Positions 52,324-64,000 of a stretch of 64,000 nucleotides of DNA are shown here, piece after piece. A program made the position numbers and the translations under genes. Numbering within the stretch: position 1 is the first letter of the stretch; the number at the start of each line of letters is the position of its first letter. This DNA comes from Vicugna vicugna. Taxonomy: Eukaryota. Where the stretch lies: the NCBI GenBank assembly GCA_013265495.1, contig MU058034.1, positions 62,001 to 126,000 of the forward strand, in the 5' to 3' direction. The notes under the pieces are model-generated. The model saw only the letters and a list, made by a program, of their open reading frames with translations. It was not told the origin of the DNA and ran no database searches.

Positions 52324-54463
52324 GTTTCATTGTTATCATTATGGACTTGGGCTGAAATAATATACTGTAAAAGTTTCTCATTCTCTTCTCCAGCTGTGTA
52401 CAGATGTCACTTGTTTGAAATGAATACCCAGGACATCCTTGAAGGGAAGGATATGACAAAATAAAGATGAAATAATGCCCAAGCAGTGTGCAGGGAGGGA
52501 GAAGAGCCTCTATTTGAAAAAGCAGGGCCAAAGCTTTGTTCACGTGACTGTCTCTCCTGGAAATGACCTACTTTTCTTTCTCTACTTGCTAGTGCTAATT
52601 CGCTTTTCATGGCTCTCCTCGGGGACTTTTTCTTGATCAAACCTCTGTTTAACTTTTCCCCTTTCTGTTCCTTCCTTCTATCGCCAGACTTGTAGAGCTG
52701 ACCACTCCCCCGTGACCCTACACTCTGCTATCTCTAGTGCATGCTTGGTGATTCTTAAGTGGAGGCTGAAGTATATGTATATAGTCTCTTAAAAGTCTGT
52801 AAATCATTCAGGCTTTATTTCTATATCTCTAGAACTTAGTAGGTTACAGGCGTTTCATGCAGTTTTGTTGTGTGAGTGAATGTAGCAGATCCCCCGAGTC
52901 ATGAGAGGTGGACAGGAGTTGATTGCTGTAGCAGGTCGAGCATGCTTGGGTTGGGATACTGGCCGCTATGGACTATACCACTGAGATATTTCTGCAGTTA
53001 GAATAAGCTATCAGAAATTGTGTCGTGATCACCTGCTGTGAGCCCAACGGTCTATTCTGTGGCCTTAAAAACCCAGTGGCATAAATTCATGTGAATAAAC
53101 TCTTCTGAAGGAAGTCAGCTGACCCTTCTGAGGATGGGTCGATGACTGTAATTTCAGTACCACAGACAGCGATTCAGGATTATGTGCTCCATGGACTCAG
53201 TGGATGGACAGTCGTGTGCTTCATTCAGCTGGAGGGCACTGTCGCTGCCGCACTTAACTTAGGCCCTGTGAAAAAGGGATGTGGGTGGGGACAGGGAAAG
53301 TAACTTGCTCAGTGAGAGTCTTAGAAGTTCTCATGAATTTTGAAACTTACAAATGCGTCAAGAAACCTAAGGGCAGTTTCACAAAAGACAGATGTGTATA
53401 GCAGACTGATTTTGTCATTGAGAATAGGATTCTGCGGAGTGTCAGGGATAATAGAAAATTTGTTTTGGTCTCTTCTTTTTTCTCCTTTTTTCCACTATTA
53501 GCTCCCTGCCCAGGACAGCCTTCTGTCAACATGCCTATCTTTGTACAAGTATATTTCTTTTATCTTGCTAAAGCTTACTCATATCTATTATCATTTTTTT
53601 GTTCTTCATTTCTTCTAAATATCCATCCTTATTGTTATCAATAAGCCTTACTATTTTAATCCCCTCTCCTCATTCCTTGTACATGCTTGGGATGGCCTGC
53701 TATTCTTTGACCTTTTCTCTCAAGTTTTGCGATTTTCCTACTTCTTTACTAAAGCAATCTTTAGCAAGCCATTCACTATATTAATCCTCACTGATTGTCA
53801 GAGCTTGTGTACGGTCTCTCCCAGTGGTGTCCAAATCCCACTGATCATCAAAGTTTTAGACTTCATTCATGGAGATTAGGTTTTGATAGCTCTAAGTTTG
53901 TTTCAAACACTGTCTAACTTTATAAAGCATTCCAAGTAATTTTGATGGTCAGCCAGGTTGATGATCAGAAAATAATATACTATATATTTTCTAGTTAACC
54001 ACTGGCCTCTTATATCTAATATAGTTTAATTATATTTTGGTTCAATTATTTAATGTTTATTGGTCATATCTTCTAAGATATATTAGAAACTCCTTGAGTG
54101 TTAAGGCTACATATTGCATCATTCTCTCTAACAATAGGTAATAAAGAAAGGTATTTTGAATTTAGCTGATTTTAAGGAAAAAATTCTGTTGTGTATTTTT
54201 TTTTTACTGTTTATATCTTTAAATCAGTGGAGAGGAAAGTGCAGTTTTAGCTCCTAGAGTGAGACACCTATTTAATCATAGGTGTTTTTGGATGAAGTAT
54301 GTAAGAGGAGAGCAGTTTCACTGATGATATTTTATATCAGCTTAAGAATCATGAAGCTAGGGGCAGAAAAATCTCTGAATTCTGCTTCCAATATTAAAAG
54401 TTCCAAAGTAATCATCCTGGTACCAAACACAAAACGTGTTAGAGTGCATACACACATACGAAT

Positions 54464-54465
<2 letters not shown>

Positions 54466-54502
<37 letters not shown>
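54466..54502. repeat. (CA)n microsatellite
   Basis: Read directly. Similar tracts at ~3268-3304, ~18374-18403 and ~51577-51600, and (GA)n at ~59833-59857. Confidence 0.95.
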
Positions 54503-54506
<4 letters not shown>

Positions 54507-55963
54507 CTTTTTTTTGCACAGTTCTGACATGTATGAGTTCATTTTCCATGGTTTAGCTAAATAGCATCAGTCCTCCAACGCTGTGGTTTGTTACAATTAC
54601 CATGATATGTTAGTTTTGTGTAATTTGCAAAACATACATTTTACTGTTAGCTCATTGGTACCACAGATCACTATGTAAATAACAGATGTGCATCATGATC
54701 AGTGATCAGTTATGTCCTTTCTTAAAAACCTGTCTGTGATTAGTCACTGAGCATCTCTTATTTAATTCACAGATACAAAGCATAGAGTTGTTGCCTCCTT
54801 GTCTCAGGTTGATAAGCCCATGTGACATTTTACAAAAATGAATGACTGAAATAAGAAACTGGCCAGCAAAGATAAAAGTGCATCAAACATTCTTTTTAGA
54901 TTCCATATATGAGCGATCTCATATGGTATTTTTCTTTCTTTTTCTGGCTTACTTCATTTAGAATGACATTCTCCAGGGACATCCCTATTGCTGCAAATGG
55001 TGTTATGTTGTCATTTTTATGGCTGAATAGTATTCCACTGTCAGCGGGGAGGGGTTGGGAAGGAGCAGACTGGGAGTTCAAAATCTGTAGATACTGACAG
55101 GCATATGTAGAATAGATAAACAAGATTATACTGTATAGCACAGGGAAATATATACAAAATCTTGTGGTAGCTCACAGTGAAAAAGAATGCAACAATGAAT
55201 ATATGTATGTTCATGTATAACTGAAAAATTGTGCTCTACACTGAAAATTGACACAAAATTGTAAACTGACTATAACTCAGTAAAAAAAAGTGCACCAAAC
55301 ACATGAGAACTGATAATGCTGGAAGTGGAGTTTGAATGGAACATAAAATAACTGACGTGGGAATGTTGATACTGCTGCCATTCAAGAGTCTGCATAGGAG
55401 GCCAGAGGAACTTAGTGAGGGGAACCTAGGGAGGGAGATGAGGAACATAGTTTTGACAAAATGGATGAAGATGTCCCAGAGGCAGTGATGTGGCCATAAA
55501 AGTCTTAACACTAAAGGAACTCAGAGATACGTCACAGCATTTAAGACACAAAAGGAAATATGTTAGAAGCATATCTAAACATGAAAAGGAGTGTGACAAT
55601 TCCCCAAGGCATAGAAAAGACATTTTATATCATCAAGTTATATGATGAGAAGAAAGCATCATTCAAAATACTCAGTAACTTTCTTAACAGGAAATGCAAA
55701 ATAAGCACTTTAAATTTCTATATTTCTAATATTTTAGACCATATCATACTGAGCAGATACATTTGTTTTACTACTTTTCTCATTTTTCCCATACATTTAT
55801 AACCAATCATAAGAGAGGTTTTTTTTTTTTATGTTTTGAAAAAAATTTTCAGGGGCCCCAGAACAATCATAGTTTTTCCCATTGATTAAGATTGGTTTGC
55901 ACAATCAAAGCTTTCAGGAACATTTTTGCAGTCCCACCTACTGTGTAAAGAGAGGATTGCCTG
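54501..55963 (+). mobile_element. Non-autonomous Tigger (TcMar) DNA transposon, Tigger6-like, interrupted by an L1
   Basis: Degenerate terminal inverted repeats (CAGAGTCTTT..TTTGCACAG / CTGTGTAAAGAGAGGATTGCCTG) and acidic transposase remnant gatgaagatgtcccagagg. Subfamily uncertain. Confidence 0.8.
54890..55285 (+). mobile_element. Young L1 3' end with 5' inversion
   Basis: 54890-55040 is antisense L1 and ~55040-55285 is sense L1 running into the tail. TSD AAAAGTGCATCAAACA (54874-54889) / AAAAGTGCACCAAACA (55286-55301). Confidence 0.95.
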
Positions 55964-58350
55964 GATATTCTTTACATGAAATGATTGAACTTGTCAGAAA
56001 GTAAGGGGAATCCTTTGGACCCGTTAAAAAAACACATGTGCCAACTATGTATGTTAGCACTGATCTTAAACTTTGAGTTTCTATGAGGCAAGGGCATTCT
56101 ATAAAAGTGCCCCATAAAAGCAATGCTATTGCCGCTACTAAAAAAAAAGGACAAATGTGAAAAGATATCATGTCTTTGTGGCTTGAGCAAATGGAACGTT
56201 GGTGGGTAGAAAATAAGAGGTGAAATAGTAAAAGGGATAAGATTCTGGGATTCCTTTTATCTAGCAGATAAACCTAATTTTTCTTTAGATGAATGTTCTT
56301 GTGAAGTGACACTATCTTGTTGTTGTTGTTTTTTGAAACAACTCAGATAATAGATTAGGGCAAAAAGATACTTTTTTCAGACATATCAACAAAAAGTCTC
56401 TTGCAATGAGAGATGTCAATATATTGGATGTGGAATAGTGATAAACATCTGGAATCTCAGTTCAGAAGTGACTACTCTTCAGTGACATGTTGAGCATATT
56501 CTATGTGCCTACGTCTGTGTTCAGTATCACATATAAACTTAGTACAGTGGATGAAATTGATGGTATTTGGTCTAAATACCTGTCTACGGATTTAGCTGTA
56601 AAAGTTTAGGGGTTTGATGTGATTAAACGTTTTTGATCTTTGGATAAATGTATTGTAAATTGATTATTTTATTTTTCCAAAATGATATTGAATTTAACTT
56701 ACATAAGCACTATATCAGGATGCTTGTGTGATATAAAGATTAAAAGATTGAGTTAAGTGCAGGTTGTTCTTAGAAAACACTTGAATCCAGATGATTGATG
56801 GATGCTTGGGCACACTCAGGGCTCAAATATTAAATGTAGTCTGTTAACCATTTTTAAGTAGGATTTACATGAAGCTTTCAAAATGACCTGTATTCAGTTC
56901 AATTAGTGATTTTTCCATCAAAATGATAAATAATAATACCTCCTATTAATAGTCAACACAAAATTTAGGTTTAATCACCTGTGACATTCAGCAATTTCAT
57001 AAAGTAGAAGATTCAGTATTTCTCTAAAGGAAGCATGGAGTCTTATTGGTGATAATCAAATGACTGCATGAAGGTAACTCAGAATATAATTTATTGAGAA
57101 TTATGTATCCTAAAATGCAGAGTTTTTAAGAATCATAAAAGACTTCAAATGTCATTGAATCCAGCCCCCTACATAATTTCATCTAATGCATGATTTCCAA
57201 TGGAAAAGATGATGTTTGAATTTAACCAAGATGATGGTAAGACATCATTGGTTGCTTGCCAGTGAGATTCCTTGTGAATTATTCTTCACTATGAAGATGG
57301 AGTAGCAAACTGAACTTTCTGTTCCTGCTGCGTGGCTCCTTTACAACGCAAACTGCCCTTTGATTTAACCACTTAGATAAGTTTTCAGCTTTAAAGAAGA
57401 AATAAATGTTACCGATTTCTACACTTAATAGGGCAGACTGAAGCTGTGACCCAGAGCTCTACCCACCTTCATCTCAACGCCCCTTTCTTCTGGAGCTGCT
57501 TAGTTGTAATACAATATTTATGAGCCCAAGTAGCTGGAATCCATCTCACTTCTTCCCTGGAGACTTCAAATCATGACATAGATTAAAAAAAAAAAAAGAT
57601 GTCTATGGATTTAAAGTGGAGTGAATGTGATTAAAGAGGCACTCCCTCAGTCACATTAATTGTGTAAATAAAGTGAAGTGTGTTAACAGATGATCCAGGT
57701 TGAATCTGAGAGAGCAGAGTTTCAGTCCCCAAGTGTTCAGGTTGATAAGCATGGTTTTAGTATTTTTTAAGTTATTTATGACGACAGCAATCTCAGATAA
57801 CTGTCTCTGTGGTGCTTTTAAAAGTGGAAAATGATGCTGGATAAGAAAGCAGTTGGCAACTTAAATATTTATAATCCAGTGCCCCTTTACCTTAACTGTG
57901 TAGTAAGCCACGACGTGCACCACAGTGTGTGGAGCATGTTAAGAATGTGACTAGTATGTTTAAGTTCGTTCAGTAGGAAATAGGCATGAATTTTCAAGGT
58001 GATAAATGACTCTCTTTGGTGGCATTGTAAAAGCCGTCACTAAAAAATGAACAAAAATGATACATATAGTATTTGAATTTTCATTCAAACACAATTTAAC
58101 TTCTTTTGCAACATGTATTTTATTTTATTGAATACATTTTTCGCACCTCATAGTGCAAACAGGTGATATTCATGAACCTCAAGACTAAAAGTTATATTTG
58201 TTTTATGGCCTATATTAAAAATAATAAGTTCCTTTATATGACTAGGGGTTCAAACTGAAAAAAAGAGAGATTTTTAAAAAAGAAGAGATAGGTTCTTTAA
58301 TGTGGATGGAATTTTGAATTAAACAAGAACTTTTATTAAAAAATTGTGGG

Positions 58351-59150
58351 AATAAGCACATGAAAAGATGCTTAAAACACTAATTAATGGAGAAATGCAA
58401 ATCACAATCACAACAAAACATCACTTCTCACTCATTAAGATGGCAATTATGAAAAATAAGCAAGCAAACAATGGTAAAATAACAAGTGTTGGCAAGGAGT
58501 GGCAAAGCTGGAACCTTTATGCATTGCTAGTGGGAAGTAAAATGGCAGAACTACTGTGGTAGACAGTATGGTGGTTCCTCAAAAAAGCAAATGTAGAATT
58601 ACCATATGATCTGGAATTCCATTTCTATGTATATGTATGAAAAAACAGAAAGCAGAGACTCAGTACACCAATATTCATAGCAGCATTGTTTATAGTACCC
58701 AAAATATAGAAACAAGTCAAATGTCCACCAGTGAATGAATGGATAACTAAACTGCAGTATACACATGCAATGGACTATTATTTAGCCTTAAAAAGGAATG
58801 AAATGCTGATACGTGTTACAACATGAATAGATTTTGAAAATATTATGCTGACATCAAGCCAGACACAAAATGACACACATGGTGTGATTTCATTTATAAG
58901 AGGTACCTAAATCAGTCAAATTCATAATAGATTGGAAAGTAGAATAATACTTACCAGGTCTTGGGGATAGGGAGTAATGAAGAGTTATTATTTAATGGGT
59001 ACGGAGTTTCAGTTGGAGATGACATAAAAATTCTGAAGATGGGTAGTGGTCATGGTTGCCAACTTTGTGAAGGTACTTAACACCCCTGAACTGTACTTAA
59101 AAATGGTTAAAATTGGGAAATTAATGTTATGTATCTTCTACTACAATAAA
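58351..59150 (+). mobile_element. L1MB-like 3' end
   Basis: aataagcacatgaaaagatgc...tttaatgggtacggagtttcagtt...ttaaaaatggttaaaat...caataaaa. Possible TSD AAAAATTGTG / AAAAATAGTG. Confidence 0.88.
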
Positions 59151-60589
59151 AATAGTGAAAGTATTCTTATTTTGGAAAATATGCTAAACACAGCTAACAC
59201 AAGAATTTCAGACACTTTTACTGCATATTAATAAATTTTATTTGGAGTTAAGGAATGTAATTCAATTTCCCCAAATGTAGATACCTTTGTCTTTTACCTA
59301 CGTGGCAGTTATTAGAAACAGATGAACTTTTTATTAAAATATTATCTGATTTTCCATAGAGTTGGGAAGAATGATTTTACCAACCTTATAGAGAATATAG
59401 ATTACAATGCATATTTATCCAGATAGTTGTTTTAAATTAAATGCAAAATGGAGCTCTTATTGAATAGCAGGAATAAGTTACATTTAATCATATAAAATCT
59501 ATAGACCAAATATTATGAAAGAAGAAATAATATAAAACTTGATAAATATTTTACACCGTATTAGAAATTGCATCCTGTCCCTCTAAATTCTAGTTTATAC
59601 TGAATGTTGAGTTACCACTATTACATTTTTGAGTTTCTGGTTTTGATTTTTACAGTAGTAATTGCGCACTCTCAAAATGACATACTTTAGGTGCTACTTA
59701 TTCTAATTCTGCATTTTATGAATCAACTAGTTCTTTTGATTATCATTTTTTTTCTTAATACTATGCCATGAAAAAAAACGCTTGCTCTGGAAGAATTTGT
59801 ACTTAGAAAGATAGGTAATCTATGTATGAGTGTGAGAGAGAGAGAGAGAAAGAGAGAATGTGTTTCCATAAATTGTATGAAAAGCTAATTTTAGTGACGA
59901 GAATGTTTTTTTCTTAAAAAGTGTTTTATTTTCATTAAGATAATAAGTTTTATTGGACTGGAATTGCTTTTCTCTTCCATTGGATTTTAGAAAGTTCAAT
60001 GGCATATTCAACTATGTGAGCTATATAAAGCTTCATTTATCTATTTTTTCCTCTCCTTTTTTTAGATATTCCCCTTTTATCTGTATTTTTCTTCTTTCTA
60101 ATTTAATATTATGCATATTTTATTATTCCACAGTACAGTTTCTTATTTTTAACTGCAGAAAGATTTTGAGGGAACTAATCAACCCAAATCCAATAAAATA
60201 GAATGATGAAGTTAGTCACAAGAAAAAAAAAATGGGAAATAAATAAATGTAGTGTTAAGAGCCAAAGGTGTAGCTGAATAATCCTGCTGTATGAATCCGG
60301 AGACAGGAGCAGACTGCCAGCTGGGCTCTTCAGCATGCTGTGGTCTGGATGACTCAGATCTAACTACTTGGTGAGGGGCTTGAGATTGTATCATGTGAAG
60401 TGGTGAGGGGTGAGATGGGAGGGGATTTTGTATGTGATTAATAGGTGGCTATTTGTCATTTGAAGTCAGATGAACTATTATCTTTTCTAGGAAATGTCTC
60501 TGCTTTTGCCTGTTCATGTTGAGGATAAATGGTGACCATGATTTTCTAGGAAGCCCTCTATGAGTACTGCCACTTACCCCTTCTGGACT

Positions 60590-60655
60590 CTAGACCTGCA
60601 GTGTTCAATGCAGTAGCCACAAGTCACATGGCTCCTGAGCCCTTGAAATGTGATT
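60590..60655. mobile_element. MER3/MER33-like hAT fragment
   Basis: gtgttcaatgcagtagccacaagtcacatggctcctgagcccttgaaatgtg. Confidence 0.55.
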
Positions 60656-62074
60656 ATTTCTTGGCTTTGAGTTTCTGAAATCATGCATAGTACAAATTTA
60701 GACTCCAAATGTGTTCAAGAACACAGACTTAGTAATTTGATTTATCATGGGATGCTTGTTTTGTTTATTAATCATTCTTAGACCCAGATCAAGCTGCTTC
60801 TTAGTATTTTGCTTGGGTACGTGAAAATTTTTCTTCACTAGACTTGCACGCCTGTAAGGTCACAGATTTACTGCAGTAGTCTCAGTTCTGCCCTGTATGG
60901 ACATCAAAATCCAATTCTTGTACTGTAACAAAGCCCAGCGCTCCTCTGCACCTGCTTTTCAGGGCGATTGCCAGTCAGACTGGCTGCCTACTCCTCTAGA
61001 TCTCTATTTTTCTTTCAATCTTGTGAGCATAGCTGCACAATGGCTATGTGTGTGTGTGTATTTAATCTAGTATTTCTTGGTGTTATTGTTGGAATGTTTC
61101 TGAGTTAGCCTAATTCTTAATTTTTTAAAAAAATAGTATTCAGTGTTCAGAGGAGCACTGCTTAAGATTTATAAGAGAGAAAAGAGATCAAAGTCGTGTT
61201 TTAGGAAGATTACTTTGGTTCACACGTGAGTATGTGAGTAGATTACAAAGGAGACGGCAGTAATTCAAGATGTCATTTATTTAATGCCTTTGATGGTTAC
61301 TGGGATATTTCAGGTTTTAAACTGAACACAAATCAACAGGAAATAAATTAATGCAGTCTGCCTTTTTGAATATAACATAGAGTAGCTCCCCTTGCAACTA
61401 CATTATACAGACTTTTTTTTTTTTCCTCAAGAGGATTTCGTAATTGAAAGAAATATAAGGTGGAATAGTTGAGCATTTAACACATTCCAGAATTGTCGAT
61501 GTTTGGTCCCTCAGCCATAGAAGAAGAGTTGTCTTTGACAGTTATGTCCATTGTGGGGCTTTACTTTGATCTGAGCATACGTGATTAGAAACGAGGGGTG
61601 GCATTGTCTGGATAAGAAGGGAGGATTTAACGAGGATCAAGGTTATCTGTCTGCATTATAAGCTATTTTACTTACTAATCTATTTTTTGTTTGTCTTTTT
61701 TATTTTACATTCATCCTAATAAAAAGCCTCTTTAAAAACTTAATGATATGTTCTGTTAAGTCCTTTCTTTGATTTGGGTTTAAGTTATGAGAAACTCACA
61801 TGATTTTCATTAGTACCAATAACTTGTATAGTATTTTAAAGAGAATTCATCAAGACTTAAAAGAGTCTGAGCAGTTTTTTTTTTTAATGCTTTTAACCTT
61901 CAAGGCAGGAGATACACAAGCAGTAGTAAATACTCCCCTCCCAGACTTTTGTCTCTTAATGTTAAAAATCTATGATTAACAAGTGTTTTGTTGTTGTTGT
62001 TCTATAAGAAAAATGGGCTTGACTCTTAGACTTTGATATTTTATAGCAGTATTCTAAACACTTAAATTTAACAA

Positions 62075-62111
62075 TTTTTAATTGAAATATAGTCAATTTA
62101 CAATGTTGTGT
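62075..62111 (-). mobile_element. Tiny (~35 bp) L1 terminus
   Basis: tttttaattgaaatatagtcaatttacaatgttgtgt is the reverse complement of the L1 end at ~29877-29910. TSD-like AACAATTTTT / AATAATTTTT. Confidence 0.75.
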
Positions 62112-62313
62112 AATAATTTTTTATTCACTGGAGATTTGAGTGCCTGTTATGTAAATAAGCTATGATGAACTGAACACTATCCTTGCTGTAACTGAGCTTA
62201 GAATCTAGAAAAGAAGATGGACATTGCATTTGTGATTATAGATGTGATATGTCTTATATAAGGAAATGTATAGGGTTTTATGAGTGGTTATATCAAAGTG
62301 ATTTAAATCAAGA

Positions 62314-62500
62314 AGGTGATCCTCAAAATGTGGTTCCCAGACAAATAGTATTAGCAACACTTAGAAGTCTTTTAGAAATGCAAATTGTGGGGCCCCACCC
62401 AAGACCTACTGAGTCAGAAATATTAGGGATGAATCTAGCAATCTGTGTTTTTAACAGGTCTTCCAGGTGTTCTGATGGCTGAAGTTTGGTAACAATGATT
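62314..62500. mobile_element. MER5A hAT-Charlie element
   Basis: ttagaaatgcaaattgtggggccccacccaagacctactgagtcagaaa...caatctgtgtttttaacagg. Confidence 0.88.
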
Positions 62501-62505
62501 TAGGT

Positions 62506-62680
62506 CTGGATTTCTCAACTTGGGCACTGTTGACATTTGGGACAGGTCATGTGGGCCTCCCTTGTGCATTGTAGTTTGTTCAGCTGCACTCCTGGCCTCC
62601 AACTGCTGGATGCCAGTAGCATCTCTCAGTGCTGCCGGCCAAAAATGTCACCAGATATTGCCAGACATCCCCTAGGGCAG
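62506..62680. mobile_element. MER20 hAT-Charlie element
   Basis: tttctcaacttgggcactgttgacatttggg...gatgccagtagca...ccaaaaatgtcaccagatattgccagacatcccctaggg. Confidence 0.88.
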
Positions 62681-64000
62681 GTTCTTGTGGCCGGTTCCTT
62701 TCCCCTCCTCTCTCCTTCCACACGTACCAGGCAATGTTTAAATGGCATTCTCAACTCTTTATCTTACAACCTTATAGTGTGTGGTAAAGTGCTCTGAAAC
62801 CAGTTAAAAAGGGACTCTACCCTATTTATTCAACGTAGGCATCCTAGAATAATTTGATCTCAAGTCTAAACAGAGAGAATCTAAATTTTGGTCACTTTGG
62901 TGTCTCTCTTGCTGTATTTTGGGTGTTTTTTTGTTTTTGTTTTTTTTGCTTTCCAACTTTGCAGTTCTTTCCTGTTCTGCCGTCTGTATTTTTCTTCTCT
63001 TTTTTAAAATAGAGAGTGAATAAATACTCTTATAGATTAGTCCTGTTTTGACCTTAAATAGTAACTCATTCTGTTTGTGTTCTAAGCTTAGCAATTTGAT
63101 GAATCTCATGCAATTAAAATGGAGTTTATTTTCACATAAATTAGACTGTAGCACCTGCTCTTTCCCAAGACTTTGAACATAAAAAAGCGAAGAAAGTGAA
63201 GGGCGCAACTTTCATTTTGTCTCCCATTAATACAAAATGAAAATATTCTCACTGATGGATTATCTTATATAGAATCCTCTGTCAATCGTAGATTAGTTGG
63301 GAATTCATTTATTTTCAAGTCTTTTTTATTGTATTTACTCATCCATTGTGTTCCAAAAATTTTTCCTAAGCCCAGGTTACAGAATAGGAATATGTTCCAA
63401 TTTCTTATGTCTCTCCAAACTCCAGAGTGTTTTAGTTTTCTGATTTTCTGAGTCTAGGAAGTCCTATTTAAGGACAGGTTGCTAAGAGCCAAGTAGGTAA
63501 AAGTAATTGCGATTAAAAAGCAGAAATTTCTGCCAGTGTAGCAGTAATGCATTTTGATAGGTTCATAAACATGTGTACACTCTCTGAAATAGTTAACAGA
63601 CCTGGATTGATGTCATGTTTCCACATGTTAGTTATGCTAGCAGGCCCATTCCAGGAGTTAACTCTCATTAACATTTGGCTGATACTAACTGATAAGGATC
63701 AGTGAGGGTCAAGGAGATTTTTATCTCCACTAGTAACGTTGAGCAGGACAGTAGTAACGTGGTTGTGTACTAAAAGATGATGGATATGATGGTGATGATG
63801 ATGATGGTGGTGGTTATAAATAATATGCAGCTGGAACAAGCTGCAGACAGGTGTGTTTCAACATAACATCACCTGGGTTTGTTTTTTTTTTTTTTAAGAG
63901 CTCTTTATTGGTGACTGTGTAGAACTGTCGTGGGAGGGTAGTGGCCCAATACCAGCCATTCCCAACCCCCTGAGCATCAGGGACAAAAAACAAAAAGAGA

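Noticed and set aside
1..64000. CRISPR arrays, prokaryotic operons, rRNA, mitochondrial insertions, ERV internal genes, intact transposase
   Set aside because: I saw no sequence evidence for any of these.

Overview
AT-rich, repeat-dense mammalian genomic DNA, very probably camelid (two tRNA-derived Vic-1-type SINEs and several young L1 3' ends of a matching style). I could not recognise any host protein-coding exon. The protein-like ORFs I can recognise in the track are decayed LINE-1 ORF1/ORF2 pieces or their antisense shadows. The main non-repeat landmark is a CpG-rich zone at ~23.3-24.7 kb. It holds a candidate minus-strand non-coding first exon (donor AAG|GTGAGC at 24487/24486; gene not identified) and a CpG-retaining ERV LTR followed by a plus-strand donor. 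The rest is retrotransposon history: a near full-length L1 (10610-18295) with an internal deletion and a nested ~1.1 kb composite cassette containing unassigned sequence, an L1 nested in an L1, a 5'-inverted L1 inside a Tigger, a tail-only insertion, an old L1 lacking ORF2, plus L2, MIR, CR1, MLT and MER relics. I do not see a clearly new biological system. The best leads are the composite cassette at 14698-15837 and the LTR/CpG-island promoter architecture. Repeat family names come from recalled consensus sequences, not from a search, and boundaries are approximate unless a target-site duplication (TSD) fixes them.
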